A stretch of DNA of 64,000 nt from Perkinsela sp. CCAP 1560/9 (GCA_965644495.1 CBFFSA010000014.1:124001-188000); one strand, 5' to 3'; shown: positions 43,602 through 56,729, counted from the first letter of the stretch. Notes: generated by a model from the sequence alone, not told the origin. Made by a program: numbers and translations.

Positions 43602-44590
43602 CTGTGACCCCCGCTTTACACTTCGCCCGTTTTGAGCAGTAACGAAGTATAAAGGGGGGGTCTGAATTTTTTTCCCCGCTGTAAAAAAAAACAGAAACCC
43701 CAGCCCCGTACAACCAATAAATAGCTCCGCGAAGGAATCAAATAGTAGAAATTCTAAATCAGAAACGCACAAACGTGCCCGATCAAAGGCCAAGCAAACA
43801 AGAAGTTTGCCCAAAAAGGCTCCAGAATAATGAAAAACAACGTGTACAACGTAAAACCAAGGTTTTCGTACCTACAGTTACGACGCGCACTCCACAAATT
43901 AAACGATTACATTGTGAGGAGGAATGTACTGCACAAAAATCTACGAGGAGTTCTGATTGAACAAATGAGGACTGAATTTTCATGCATAGGGAGGTGTTTG
44001 AATGCGCTCATTATTATTTTCTTTCTTTTCAAAACATACATACCCTTTTTATATACACTGGTTGCGTAAACAAGGTTTCGAATTAACCACGCGTCTCGCT
44101 CTATGCCCTAGGCAAAAACAGAGGTGTAGAGCCAACAGGTCAGAAGGTCAAATGAATATGAAGGCGAGTTGCTGGAAGACACATTCACCCTAAAGAGGCA
44201 TTTCCAAAGAAAGTAACTAAGATACATGGATGGCAGGGCTGTGGAAGGTGCTTCATCGCGTAAATTTTAGGTGATATTGTATTTTTGTATGTTTCGTTAC
44301 TAGTATGAACTACAAATCCGTTAACTGATATTTCAATATCAGTGTCTTTGTTGTTGTTGTAAAAAAAATGCCGCGCCGCTTCGCGGCGCGGCTCGTCCAG
44401 TTTTCCACTTTTTCCTTTTATATCACCTTCCATTTCTAGAAGGGAAGACTTGGAACATTCTTGTTTTTTTTTTAAAATAAATAGAAAAATTACGAAAATA
44501 AATAAAAAATCGCCCCCCTTTCGGGGGGCGCACAAAAAACGAAGTATAAAGGGGGGGTCTGACCAGCGAACTATAAAGGGGGGGGCACAG
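43602..44590. mobile_element. Tc2/pogo-like non-autonomous element
   Basis: TA|CTGTGACCCCC ... GGGGGCACAG|TA; subterminal CGAAGTATAAAGGGGGG repeats; GAA hairpin at 44370. Confidence 0.8.
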
Positions 44591-45324
44591 TAAATGAATT
44601 AATGCCTCCTTCATCGTACTCTACTTCATAAGGATAAAAAAACATCATCCCGAGGCCTTGAGTTCGGCCAAAAAATCCCAGAGCGACATGAAAAGTAGTT
44701 CCAAAAGTACTCGATGAACAGAATTCGCCACTTCGATGAATTCATCGAAGTGACTCACCTTTCGATGAACGTTCACGGAAACGTATGCATAGCCATTTTT
44801 TTGATATCCTTATGGTGACATTCGAATACTACGACTCGGAATCGGACCACCCGAGAGAACTTCGGTGTGAACCAGACTCGACCGACGACACTTCTGATGA
44901 CGCTTCTTCTGAAACAATCGGCACAGATTCCAAGACTGATTCGGAAAGAAATGATCCCGATTGGGATCCCGATGATGAATTTTCTGTCTCCTCGATTTGT
45001 GACACAGAGGATTGGGGCGAGGAGGAAGGTCTCAATGCTCTCACTAGCCTGAAAAATGTGTGCATATTTCCAGGCGAACAAGACAATGATTTTGAAAGCC
45101 GCTGACTTACAAGCTTACAAAAAGACAATCGGGAAAATTAAACATCATTTCCTTCCTCAGAATCTGCAGATCCTGTTTTAACCCCAATAGTATATGAAGG
45201 CCAACTTTTGAACCTTCTCAATGACGAAAATCATACCACAATTGAAACGGCCGAGGGAGCTCCAGGTGGATTGATGTACATGGTAGAAGAATCGAGTGCG
45301 GATGTACGTGAGAATAAAAATATA

Positions 45325-45470
45325 ACTTCCACGATGGAAAATGCGGAAACACAGCCCGATCATAAGGGGATGGCGGTGGAAGTGCGGATGTACGTGAGGG
45401 TGAAAATGCTACTTCCACGATGAAAAATGCGGGAACACAGCCCGATCATAAGGGGATGGGGGTGGAAGAC
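45325..45470. repeat. Local duplication, period 86
   Basis: ACTTCCACGATG..AATGCGG.AACACAGCCCGATCATAAGGGGATGG at 45325 and 45411. Confidence 0.85.
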
Positions 45471-46834
45471 TGCGAAAAAAAGGTTTACTCTTTGCGAAAA
45501 TCTTTATACCCAAAAAATAAAACCATAAGTGCGCTTCCTCTAGCCCCCACCCCTCCACCGAGGCTGTGGGGTTACATTAGCTCTTTATCGAGGGGCTGAA
45601 GAAGGCGAGGTCGGACCTAGAAGTCCGTGCTAAGACCCTTGACAAGTCCGGCGCTTGTGCCCGCCAGACGGGATATGTGCTTATGCGATGAGTGCATTTC
45701 CTTACGTGCGCATCACAGAAAAGACCGCGCACGTGCGAAGACGCAACCCCCCCGGGATCCCTCCTCCCCTCTCTGCTTCTTCCAGATCCTCTCGGCACCG
45801 GTCGGTGACCCGTAGACCCCCGCGCTCTATCTCTCCTCGGAGCCGCTCCCAGAACAGAGCTTGTACCCTTCATGCGAAAGCCCCTTTTCTGATTTTAAGG
45901 GGAAGCTGTTGGGGAAGCATCCGGCACGTCAAACCACTCCGGAAACCCTCGCTGACCGTCCGCCACATGTCAAACAATTGACCCTCAAAGAATCATACCA
46001 AAAGATAAGCAAAACACAGAAGGAAACTTTGACATCCTTGGAAGCCCTATCGGATCCCACGAATACTGCGCTGAGTATCTCATGACGCATGCGATCGAAC
46101 CAGCCGAAGATACTTTAGATGCTTCCAATTTAATTGAGGACCCACAGGTCGCCATGTCACTTGTACGACATGTGCCGGCTTTTGTCAACTGGTTCGTGCT
46201 CTACGTACAACACCTCCACAATGTCTACAACGCGTTTGTGAACGTCTAGACAATTCACTGCTGAGCACAACTGAAGAGATACATGTACTTTGCCCACTGA
46301 ACACCCCTGCCCGTGCTCAGATCCAACGCCTCAAGAGACACGGAGGTTTCGTTCTGCGTTCATCGGAACGCAAATTCTCGAATTTCTCTATTCGGTCTGC
46401 GTTCATCGGAAATATACTCTTCTGCAAATTACGTAGCATCTGTTGTGTTCGCAGCAAGCAAAGACGGGTGAAATCCACTGGACGGGGAAAGTCAAAGGGA
46501 GAGAAAGTGAGAGAGAAAGAGGGAAAAGTGGAAAATTGTTTTTATTTGCATAAAAACAAAGTGCAAGTGCTAATTTGATTGCTTGTTTTCAAATCATATA
46601 CCCCCTCCCCCCAATGGACCTCCATGGTTCAAGTACTGGGTAAAAATATGGAGACAATGCCGCGTTTCATACTTTAAATTTACTAATTTAATAGCAAAAA
46701 AATAACTTATTTCTACATGTCGGTATTTCATACATGTATGTATTTATTGGAAAATGCCCATTGTTCTTGTTTTGCGAGCCTTATTCTACTGTGCTCTAAG
46801 AATCTGTTCCTTCTTTCCTTTTTCTTTCGTACAA

Positions 46835-48581
46835 ATGCCTGACGTCTCGGTCCAAACCGTATCAGAGGAAATTCAGACCTAGCTTGGTCTTCCGGAAAAG
46901 TACATAATGAAATGGAAGGCAGCGATACAAAAGCCTTTGAAGCAGTATCGCTTTGCTCGCGGGAACATCACGCTTCTTCAAGGTGACCCGGACGCAATTG
47001 ATCGTGTTCTAAATCGCTGTCTGAGCCCGGTTACGTTTTATGACGATGTGCATATACAGGGGTGAAAACCTCGTGGTGGGGGGGTCTAAAATTCGTAAAA
47101 ATTATCCAATTTTGGAAAGTAATAGCGCATTCGAGAGCTCTCACAGAGTTGTATGTTTTAGCACTATTTGCGGCCTGTGACTCAACATGAAACGATGAGA
47201 CAAAAAATATCATGATTTTGTTTCTTGCCCAAATTTACGTTTTTTCAGTTTTTAGCTGTTTTTCAGTCAATATTAGCACTATATGCCCCAGAAACGGATT
47301 CGTTCCCGAACCTCACGTGGTGTACTCAGCGACAGGTCCTATTCCTCCCCCGCACGGGTGATACCAAGTCACCGTATGCTTCTTGTCTCAGATTATCTTG
47401 AGACAGGGTCCTATTCTCGGACAGCCCAAAACTTCGGCGTCCACGAAAATACAGTAAAACGTCTTGTGATACGCTATGAGAACACTGGAGACGTGGAAAG
47501 CTCTCCTATTTCACGCCCATCTCCTGTCAGTACCCCTGCGCTGCACGAAGCAGCTATCCGCCTCATTGATGAGGGATACCGTGACCTCCCGTACGGGATT
47601 GAGAACTGGTGTGCACTCCATAGAGTTGTGCTTTCTCTTGGATTTCAGTGTTCAAGACCAACTTTGGTTAACGCCATGAAGAGCCATGGTATGATCATGC
47701 GAACTTTAAAAAGAAAGCCCGCACTGACCGATGAACACAAGAGGAAACGAGTGCATTTTTGTTCTGAGATGTTCACTTGGTCAGATACCCAACTGAGACA
47801 AATTGTTTTCTGCGATGAGAAGAAGTTCACTTGCGGTAGGGGACGAAACAAAATTACTTACCTTTGCCGGAAGACTGACCCCGCCAAGGAACAGCAGGGA
47901 GAGCTAGAACCTTGGTATCCTTGATAATTGTCCTGTTCATAATTCTGCGCGAACAACCTTTCGCAACGAAGGTATTAATGTACTCTCTTGGCCTGCAAAA
48001 TCCCCCGATTTAAACACCATTGAAAACCTTTGGGGGACCATGGACAGGATCAAAAATGATCTTCGACCCAAGAATCGGGCTGAATTAGTATCGGCCATTG
48101 AGACAGCGTTCGAAAGAATACAATCAGAACGCAAGCAAGAATGTATTAACACGATGAGCAGTTTCCGCAAGCGTTGTCGCATCGTTATTGAGCGAAACGG
48201 TTCTTCCTGTGGGTATTAAGGGTAATGTTTGACCATTTTTTACAGTTTTTCAAATTTGCAAATCGTGTTTTTGACCCTTCCATCAAAGGGGGGTACCCCC
48301 CTAACCCCCGCAAACTGCCTATCTTAAAACATACAACTCTGCGAGAGCTCTCGAACGCGCTATTATTTTCCAAAATTGGACAAATTTTACGAATTTTAGA
48401 CCCCCCCCACCATGGGATTTTCACCCCTGTATGTGGTGTCCCGCTTCTAGCCATAGGGATCGCACAATTGATCCTTAATCTCATCACATATCGTGGTGGG
48501 TGGCTAGGTGCGGAGCACGTACGAGATGGCTTAGCGAAGCCAGTCTGGAACTTCGTTCGTCGACGAACTCAATTCGTCTGA
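46835..48581 (+). pseudogene. Unknown ORF split by a Tc1-like insertion
   Basis: Removing 47057-48429 plus one TA restores the frame ...FYDDVHI|CGVPLLAIG...; one internal TAG remains. Confidence 0.5.
47057..48429 (+). mobile_element. Tc1-like transposon, D32E type, internally deleted
   Basis: TA|CAGGGGTGAAAA ~105-bp TIRs; HTH and FCDEKKF (47283-47924), then LDNCPVH...WPAKSPDLNTIE in another frame. Confidence 0.9.
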
Positions 48582-49052
48582 TCCAGAAGTTGAATGCAAG
48601 GCATTCGCTGGTCGTGTTTGGGCGTACCTTGCAGGCCAGAACATTCGATTGAGTCGCCGTTCCCAGATGAATGCATCTCAGGAAGGCGAAGCATTATCTG
48701 TTATGTCTGTAACTGTTCCTTCCCCTTCTTCTCACTTAGATGTCGCTCAGGATCCTCTGCAAATCGCCCGTCCCCCTCAACCCGTCAATGTAAATTTCCC
48801 CAAGAAGAGAGGACGACCCATAGGTCCCCAGGCACCGCCGCGCAGCGTGCAGGAAGATACAGGAGTGAACAGAAACCCCCCCACCCCCTGAGGAAAACTT
48901 ATTTTTTTATCCGTTTTTGCCCACCTTTACTGCATTCGAGAGATCTCTTTGTCCTAGAGCTTTCCCGCCTTTTTTCATAGAGACCCCCCGGAGCTCATAC
49001 GGCGACCCGGAAAACAACCAAAAGCAACCTCTTAATCTGGCTACTCGTATTG

Positions 49053-49354
49053 TTTTTTGATGTTCATGCTCTCGTTGGCGCAGAGATAAATCCCTTGATG
49101 CGACAGCCGATATCATCGGCACAATCCGTAATGACGGATGTCGCACCAAGGGGATTAGCACGGAATCTGTCGGTAGAGGGGGTCCAGGCAACCCACCCTC
49201 TATTTACGCAGCCGGAGGGGCGTACTGCAACCGACTCGGTCCCAGTCGGTAGAGGTGGTCCAGGCAACTCACCACCTCTTTACGCAGCCGGAGGGGCGCA
49301 CTGCAACCTACCGCTGCCTCGCGATAAGACGAGGCAGAGCCACGCCCAGTGGTG
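49053..49354 (-). mobile_element. Second, 5'-truncated copy of the structured SINE-like element (two 76-nt units)
   Basis: Colinear with 2208-2586; same A6 end; units at 49169 and 49245. Confidence 0.85.
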
Positions 49355-49474
49355 AGGAAGAAAGAGGAAGAAAGCCTAGACGCAGAAAAATGTCAGAAAA
49401 ACACCTTCAATGGACGTAAAATATGATACAACAACATTTAGAACACAAAAAAATACAAAAAGCAAGTATTGCTT

Positions 49475-49500
49475 ATGTGAAATAATTCTTCACTTTCACC
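49475..49500. mobile_element. Solo Merlin TIR
   Basis: AATAATTCTTCACTTTCACC matches the 27074 terminus; followed by GAAAGACG. Confidence 0.6.
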
Positions 49501-49699
49501 GAAAGACGTTGTAAACTCACTGCAAAACTCCTTGTACGCGTTGCACAAAGTGGATGGATGAAAGGCGACGTTTTTTCCGTCTCATGAAATATACTAATAC
49601 TATTCTCAGTTGCTAAACGATTCAAAATTACCAACAGCAATCATTGTTGATGATCACACGACGCATCGCACTGATGATGTACCAGAAACCTCGATTACG

Positions 49700-50760
49700 G
49701 GCTCGCAGCCCCTTCGACCGAAGAGCATTGTCAACTGACTGGGGGGATAAGTGAATGATACGTTCATTAGGAAATTCTGTACGCGAAGTTGCGGGGGAGC
49801 ACAGGTTCAGTGTAGGATTTGTTTCAAAAGTTAGGAAAGCACATCTTTCTCATACAGTTAAATCAAAAGGTGGACGTCCGTGCAAGATCACAGACACATG
49901 CTCCCGACGAATAAAACGTCTCATAGTATGTGGTGAAGAGAAGAATGTCTTTTACTGTAACTCTACTCCTCCTCTCATTGATATACACTTATCCCCCCAG
50001 TCAGTTCGCAATGCTCTGCGCTCGAAGGGGCTTACGGGCTGCGAGCCCGTAAGCGTTCCAAGAAACCGAAGTTGACCCGCCACCAAAAGAAACAGAGATT
50101 GAAGTTCGCCTTCCGACACCAACATTGGACCTTCGCAGATTGGTCCAGGGTGCTATGGTCAGATGAGACGAAACTTTGTCGTTTCGAGAATGCTGAGGAT
50201 ACCTACGCGTGCAAGTTTCCGGGAGAAGGTTTGAGTGAGCGAATCACTCAAGGACAGTGAAGTATAGAAGAGACTCTATCACGCAATGGACATGTACGGC
50301 ACCTACGACGCCGAAGCGTCGATGGGAACATGAATGCAGATCAGTACGTTCCCTTTCTTCGCGAGAATCTTGAAGTTTCTTTCGAAGGCCTTGGCCTGAA
50401 GAAAATGTTTATAAATAAATAAACATTTAAGAAATACATTTAAGAGACATTTAAGAAATAAAACGATCCGAAGCATACAAACAAATTGGCAAAGAGCTTC
50501 TTTGCTGATGAGTCGTTCTACTGGAGTGGCCTCCGCAGTCTCCCGATTTTAATCCCCTTGAGAACGTGTGGTATCACCTGAAAAAGGCTTTAGCCGGTCT
50601 CTCAACCCCACCCGCAGGTGTTTTGGAACTCTGGGAGTGGACCCCAAAAAGAATGGGTAAAAATTCTTGAAAGTCTGTGCCGCTCTGTGGTGGAAAGCAT
50701 GCCTCGGCGAATAGAGGCAGTAATAAAGGCGAAAGGGGATGTTACGAAGTACTAAGAGGT
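49700..50760 (+). mobile_element. Decayed classical Tc1 transposase
   Basis: GRPCK, RLKFA..H..W...DWSRVLWSDETK, NDPKHT, WPPQSPDFNPLE and SMPRR; multiple frameshifts. Confidence 0.85.
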
Positions 50761-51136
50761 AAGTCGAAAATTCGTTTTTATGTCAAAGCATCTTGTGTTC
50801 TCTGCAAAAAAATCGAAAATTGCAAAAAAACTGTTCACATGTTTTCTTTCACTTGCATGCGATCATACTTCTATTACAAAGCCGATCAAGTCGTAAGATC
50901 AAGTCTATGGCAACACAGTGTCCATGCATACACTACTCTGATATACTACTTCAATACACACGACACCTGGCTACAGGGAAACACGAACAACAAAAAAGTG
51001 TCCAACATGTGAACAGTTTTTTTGTAGTCCATTTTTGTAGTACTTTAAAGCGTTTAAAAAACTTCTACCCTGTGTTCCCGGAATCGTGTCCCAGACCTCT
51101 CTGGGGAAATCAGGAGACTGGTCTCCTGGTTCAGGA

Positions 51137-52415
51137 TCTGACCCGGTAATTCCTGTCTTACGCATAATGAGGAATAAAAATAATAATCGAATGTTAACAA
51201 CAATAAACGAGTCCCGCCCCTTTAAGAGAAAAATATTAATAAGTATGCTTGGCAGAAATCTAAGAGACTTTTCTTCAAAATACAACTTGTATATTCAGTG
51301 CAGGTCCGTGTGATTTCTCTCATGGTGTTGTCGGTAAGTGTGTGATGCTATGTTGTGTGTTATTCATCATAAGAGAAATTCAATAAAGCAAGTATACAGT
51401 ACATGTATGTACGTATGCATTTTTTCATGTAAGTAGTACAGGGGGATGCACGAAAATAAGGGAGTTCTAAATTTTGTAAAACTTTGCCAATACATGTAGG
51501 TATAGGAAAGTTGGACCATTTTTACCCTATAATGACATTTGTACCCCTTAATGACATTTTTACCCCGAAATATCTTTTTCGTCAATTCAGGAGTACCTTA
51601 CAAAAGACTGGAAGCAGGAGGCTGTAATCAAGAACGATAAATACATGAATCCTAGGGTCTCATTTCTGTTCCCGGTAAGGCCCCGTAGTGCGTGAAGGCC
51701 TCCATACCCCACAACTACCACCTTCCCACCTATTTAGCGGGGATCGCGCGAGCAACTCCTGATAAATGAGGCCCCCGTTTGCGAGCAAAACCCAACTGTG
51801 AGCGTGGCCCGGGGACATAATTATATTTTTTTAGCGACCCCGCGCGCTCCAGCTGACACGCCAGCTCTGTCTGATATTCATCGTCCAGTTTATCGCTAGA
51901 CAACCCCCCATACCATTGAGTGAAAAATCGTTCCGCTTTGTTAGTTTCATTGCATGTGATGAAAGAGCTGGGGGAGAAGGTATACGGATAGGAATCATGT
52001 GCCCCCTTCCACGAACAGATGTGCACATTTCACATTTCCTAGTTTTACTACGTCACAAGACTAGGGGGAAGCAAACTCACTCCAAGGGAACCGGGGAGAG
52101 ATGAAGGGATAAAGCATCGACAAGAGGAAGCGTTCAGACGTGGTCTGACCCGATAATTCCTGTCTTACGCATCAGGAATAAAAATAATAATTGAATGTTA
52201 ACAATAAACGAGTCCCGCCCCTTTAAGAGAAAAATAAGTATGCTCGACAAAAAATCTAAGAGACTCTTCTTCAAAAAGCAACTTATAAATTTATATTCAG
52301 TGCAGGTCCGTGTGATTTCTCTCATGGTGTTGTCGGTAAGTGTGTGATGCTATGTTGTGTGCTATTCATCATAAGAGAAATTCAATAAAGCAAGTATACA
52401 GTACATGTATGTACG
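51137..52415. repeat. Pair of ~280-bp direct repeats (51137-51415, 52144-52415)
   Basis: TCTGACCCG.TAATTCCTGTCTTACGCAT ... AAGTATACAGTACATGTATGTACGT at both positions. Confidence 0.9.
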
Positions 52416-53985
52416 TGTATGTCAATATTTTCCATTTTCTTGCGCTACTGTACTCGGTCATGTCCCAGTTTTATAAATTTGGCTACATCAGAGTGTATTT
52501 CAATTTCACATTTTTCGGATAACGAAAGTTTGGAGCTTTCAACCTTTGTTCACCGCAGTACAGCAGTCACGAAAGGAGTAGGATGTCTATTGAGGTGACC
52601 CATTCCTTCTGACTTTGAAATCCACGCCAAGGTACAGAACAAGTAAGGCAAGTAAGTACATTCAAGGGAAACAGGCCACGTCTCTTCCTGTTGATGGTGA
52701 AAATACGGGAGTAACATTGGCTCCCATAGGGCTTCGTAACGTGCAAGAGGTAACCTCCAACGACAAAGAAGGCATGACTGTTTTTCTTTTCGGTGCTTAC
52801 GAAGTTCATAATAGAAAAGTTCCTCCCCCTCCTCCTACTGTAGTTCACATTGAGTGCAGAAGATGAAAAGTCCCGTTCACTACGAGACGCTCGACGTCAT
52901 GTTACAACGTTTTGAAGACATACGTAACTTCGACTAGGTGGATGAACAGTCAAGTATTTGAAGAGATCAAGCTTCCTTACTTGGAGGTTTGCAACCTGCG
53001 ACAGCTCTTGTGGTGGACGAGTACACTGCCCATCGGGTTCATAAGTTAGAATCCCCAGTAATTGTGACTTGCACAGAATTCTTGGGGGTTGTACTTATCA
53101 CATTCCAGTACACGACCTTCGGGTTATTGTATTTTTCAAAAGAGAATACGAATTAGCCTTACGGCTCTGGCGCCTAAAAGCTGGTGATCACATAAAAGTG
53201 AATCGTCATGTAGTATTAGAGCTGATTACGGTTGCTCATGAGGTTACTTGGGCAAAGGATGGCGACCAGATACAAAAAATATGCGAAACCCATCTCTTTG
53301 AGCCGATGACCAAATATCCATGGAATTGGAACTCTAAGGATGAAACATCAAACTCAAGGCGAAAACTGAAAAAGAGTGCCAAGGCATCGGTTCGAAACGA
53401 AAGCGATATGAAATCGAATAAGATACCGATCAACAGAAGCGGACGTGATGACGATGAAATTCCTGTATAACAGTGGGACGAGTATTATAAAATAGTTTTT
53501 ATAGTTTTGCGGACCTCTGGTTAAGACAATCTACCGGGTATAGTTACCATTTTCAGAAAGGTAGAGAGGTGAAGGGGGTTGAGTGGGAGGGTTATTTATC
53601 ATGCCTGCCCACAGTCGGTACCGTCCTCGGAGAACCATAAAATGAAAAAGAGTAAAAAATCTTCAGAACGGAGCTGTCATGTTATAAGGTGCTCGTGAGG
53701 CATGTGGTACATCAATGGAGTTCTACATTAAGGACAACAATGACATTAAGGACAATTAAACTTAAAACAAAAAAGTTTAAAGCGCCTCACGCCCAAGACT
53801 CCGTCATAAAGGACAATAAATAAGTTGGGGGTAGGGCTATGACAACTAAGTAGGGGGGGAAGTGTTTTGTTGTACCGCGAAAGCCCACTGCGGTATCGGC
53901 GGGTCTCATGTGCCACGACCCGTGTGGCCTCATATAAGTTTAGTCAGAAATCTCCTCAACGTTTTTTAGCCTGAACTCTCCCATT

Positions 53986-54624
53986 TTATATTTCACATAT
54001 TTTCGTACCTTTCCAACTACGATAACCAGGCTTTAACGAGGGGGGAAGCGACGAAATTTGCACAGTGCCAGTCAATAAAGAATTTGCAGTAAGATAAACG
54101 GCTTCAATTTGATCAGGCAAACCGGAAAAATCAACCTCCCCGGAAAATCGATTAAAAGATAAAAAGAGAGTTTTCATTGTCCGTGGTAGTTTTTCAAAAG
54201 CAATCTCACCTGAAAATTTATTGTTTCCTAAGTCCAATAAATTTAGTTGAGGCGGAAGACAGACAAAATTCACCGTGCCGCTCAATGAGTTGAAACCCAG
54301 TACAAGCGCTTCGAGAGTAGAAGGAAGATATTCCCAATGCAAAGATCCACGTAAGCTACAAGTAGTCCAATCAATAATAGAAACTTCACCCTCGTCGTTG
54401 CACTGTACACCAGGCCATTCACAAGCGGGGGTTGCCGTATCGCACTTAGTAAGGGCCTCTCGTAGATCAACATCGGATGCAAACCGCGCAAGGTCGAATT
54501 CCGGAGGTAAAACAATGCCCCGCTGTCTTCCTGCATGTGAGCTCGAAGAGAAACAATCCTTTTCCGAAGTTGATTTGACGGATTCAAATTCCGAGCAGGA
54601 AAACTGGCGCCAAAGATCGAGCAT
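53986..54624 (-). CDS. Leucine-rich repeat protein
   Basis: ACEWPGVQCNDEGEV N-cap plus about four LRRs. Confidence 0.9.
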   Translation of the reverse strand: MLDLWRQFSCSEFESVKSTSEKDCFSSSSHAGRQRGIVLPPEFDLARFASDVDLREALTKCDTATPACEWPGVQCNDEGEVSIIDWTTCSLRGSLHWEYLPSTLEALVLGFNSLSGTVNFVCLPPQLNLLDLGNNKFSGEIAFEKLPRTMKTLFLSFNRFSGEVDFSGLPDQIEAVYLTANSLLTGTVQISSLPPSLKPGYRSWKGTKICEI

Positions 54625-54909
54625 GAAAGTAGTAGTATTCAACAATACGTGAAATTTTTAAGAGTTTTTTTTAAGTGTTGACGTGCTGGAGGCGTACAAC
54701 CAGTGTTTCTAAGATCTGTTACACCCCTTTTATATACACAAAATTTTTATCTTTTTCTCACCAAGATACACAAGTTAACCTACTGTACCCATGGTCGCAA
54801 CCCCCCCCCCCACATGTACACCTATGCAACAATTTCTTCAGTACAGCCTAACTCAACCTTTACCCCCCATATACCTTTACACCTTTTCCCTTCCAAAACC
54901 TTCCCCCCA

Positions 54910-55875
54910 TCACCCTTTCCCCCCCTCCCCCCCCAACACCCTCTCCGTCCCCGGCAGCACCCCCTCCATCCGATCCAGCCACGCCGCCACCGGCCCCACC
55001 CCCCGCACCACCTCCCGGTACACCCGGTGCCCCCGGAGCGACTGCAGCACCCCATACACCTCGGTGTCCGCGACGTTCGGTCGCGCCCCCCCGTGGAACG
55101 GGCGCCCCCCGAGCCCGGCCGTGGCCCACTCCTTCAGGACCCCGCGCAGGGCCTCCGCGGGGGTCACGCGCTTCGGATCGTACCCGTCCTCGCGGATCAG
55201 GGCGGGGAGGGTCTTGTACCGGGCCACGAGGTACATCACGGGGGCCCCGAGGAGTTTCAGGAAGAGCTTGTTGTGGGGGGGGATGGTGTCGTGGGCGTCG
55301 ATGTAGGCGTAGCCCCGCCAGGATTCGATGAGGGAGGGGTTGAGGTTGAGGACGAGATAGCGCACGAGACGGTGGGAGGCGAAGGCACGCCAGGGGGTGA
55401 CGGTGGGGTCGTGGAGGGCGGCTTTCCAGGCGGGGGCGCCGGGGCGGGTGTCGGGGAGGGCGAGGCTGAGGGTGTCGATGATGGCGTCGGAGTCGACGAG
55501 GAGGAGAGGGGGGGTGGAGTGGGGCGAGAAGCGGAGTTGGGGGACTTTGTGGTACCCGTGGGAGGAGATTTCGCGTTTGAAGATGGGCTCGACCTCGACG
55601 CACTCGTGGGGGATGTGGTGGAGGTCAAGGAAGGTTTTGACTTTGGCGCAGAAGGGGCAGGTGGAGTAGCGGTAGAGGATCGGGGGGTCGGCTCCGCCTT
55701 GGGTGGAGAGGGCGGTGTGGATGGCGGTGCGAAGGGTGGGGAGGTCCTGGGCCGCGTTGAAGGCGGAAGCGGTGACGGAGGCGTTTTGTTTTAAGCGGTA
55801 GCGGTAGATCATGCTGGCGGCCCCGAGGGCAACGGCACCCCCGACGGCGGTGTACTTGGCCACACGACGGAGCAT
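54910..55875 (-). CDS. Prostaglandin E synthase 2-like glutathione S-transferase
   Basis: LYRYSTCPFCAKVKTFLD, VEVEP, YHKVP, DSDAI and FHGGARPNVADTEVYG motifs. Confidence 0.92.
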   Translation of the reverse strand: MLRRVAKYTAVGGAVALGAASMIYRYRLKQNASVTASAFNAAQDLPTLRTAIHTALSTQGGADPPILYRYSTCPFCAKVKTFLDLHHIPHECVEVEPIFKREISSHGYHKVPQLRFSPHSTPPLLLVDSDAIIDTLSLALPDTRPGAPAWKAALHDPTVTPWRAFASHRLVRYLVLNLNPSLIESWRGYAYIDAHDTIPPHNKLFLKLLGAPVMYLVARYKTLPALIREDGYDPKRVTPAEALRGVLKEWATAGLGGRPFHGGARPNVADTEVYGVLQSLRGHRVYREVVRGVGPVAAWLDRMEGVLPGTERVLGGEGGKG

Positions 55876-55979
55876 TGGGTGGTGGGAAAGTTTCGTTATA
55901 GAAAAAAGGATGAAGAAAATTTCTGGGTTAGGAGCCCAATTTGCTCGTATTTCTTTCGCAAAATGTACAAAATTTAATA

Positions 55980-56729
55980 CAGTGGTGATCAGCCTCTTTT
56001 ACCCCCCCTACAGGTCTTGTATTTTGTTCGATTTTGGAAATATTTTGTATGGGATTGTTTTTCGACCCAATCGTTCCGAATCCGAGGTCCTTTTCACTCG
56101 TGGACACTTGTATCATTCCTAAACTGAAAAACACTGAGAAACTCGATAATTTTTTAGAGAGTACATTTTTTCCTAAATTGATACATTTTCTGGTGATTCA
56201 TGACGAAGAAGCACCAGCCCCTGTATTTACTTTCCTCTGGCGTGCGCCCCGAGATGCGCACGGCACTCGCGATTGAATACGAGCGACTTAAGTCCTATAG
56301 GGCAGTTGTAAAACTTAATAAACTTAACCCCGGGTCTATCATTGAAACTTTTCGTTTTTTTCTGAAGATCAACCAGAAGCGTTTAAGAATATCTTCCGGG
56401 ACCATCGTAAGTGTTTACTCTTGGTTAAGGAGGCCAAAGGGCATATGACTAAATACTAGAGATTACTTTGCACCCCTTTTCCGCGTCTTCTGACGTACTT
56501 AAAGTAAGACCTACACGTACTTTACTACTGTTGTTCATTCGAAACACCCCAAAAAAATGTAATTAACTTTTTTGACCCCTACCTGGCTAGGAGGGGTAGG
56601 GGGTCGCTCGAGTGAAAAGGACCTCGGATTCGGAACGATTGGGTCGAAAAACGATGATCTACCAAATATTTCCAAAATCGGACAAAGTACAAGACCTGTA
56701 GGGGGGGTAAAAGAGGCTGATCACCACTG
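55980..56729. mobile_element. Non-autonomous Tc1-like element
   Basis: TA|CAGTGGTGATCAGCC ... GGCTGATCACCACTG|TA with ~120-bp TIRs. Confidence 0.88.

Noticed and set aside
46835-46890. In-frame TAG/TAA in some ORFs as a hint of a reassigned genetic code
   Set aside because: They occur only in TE-derived relics; conserved genes have no internal stops and use all three terminators.
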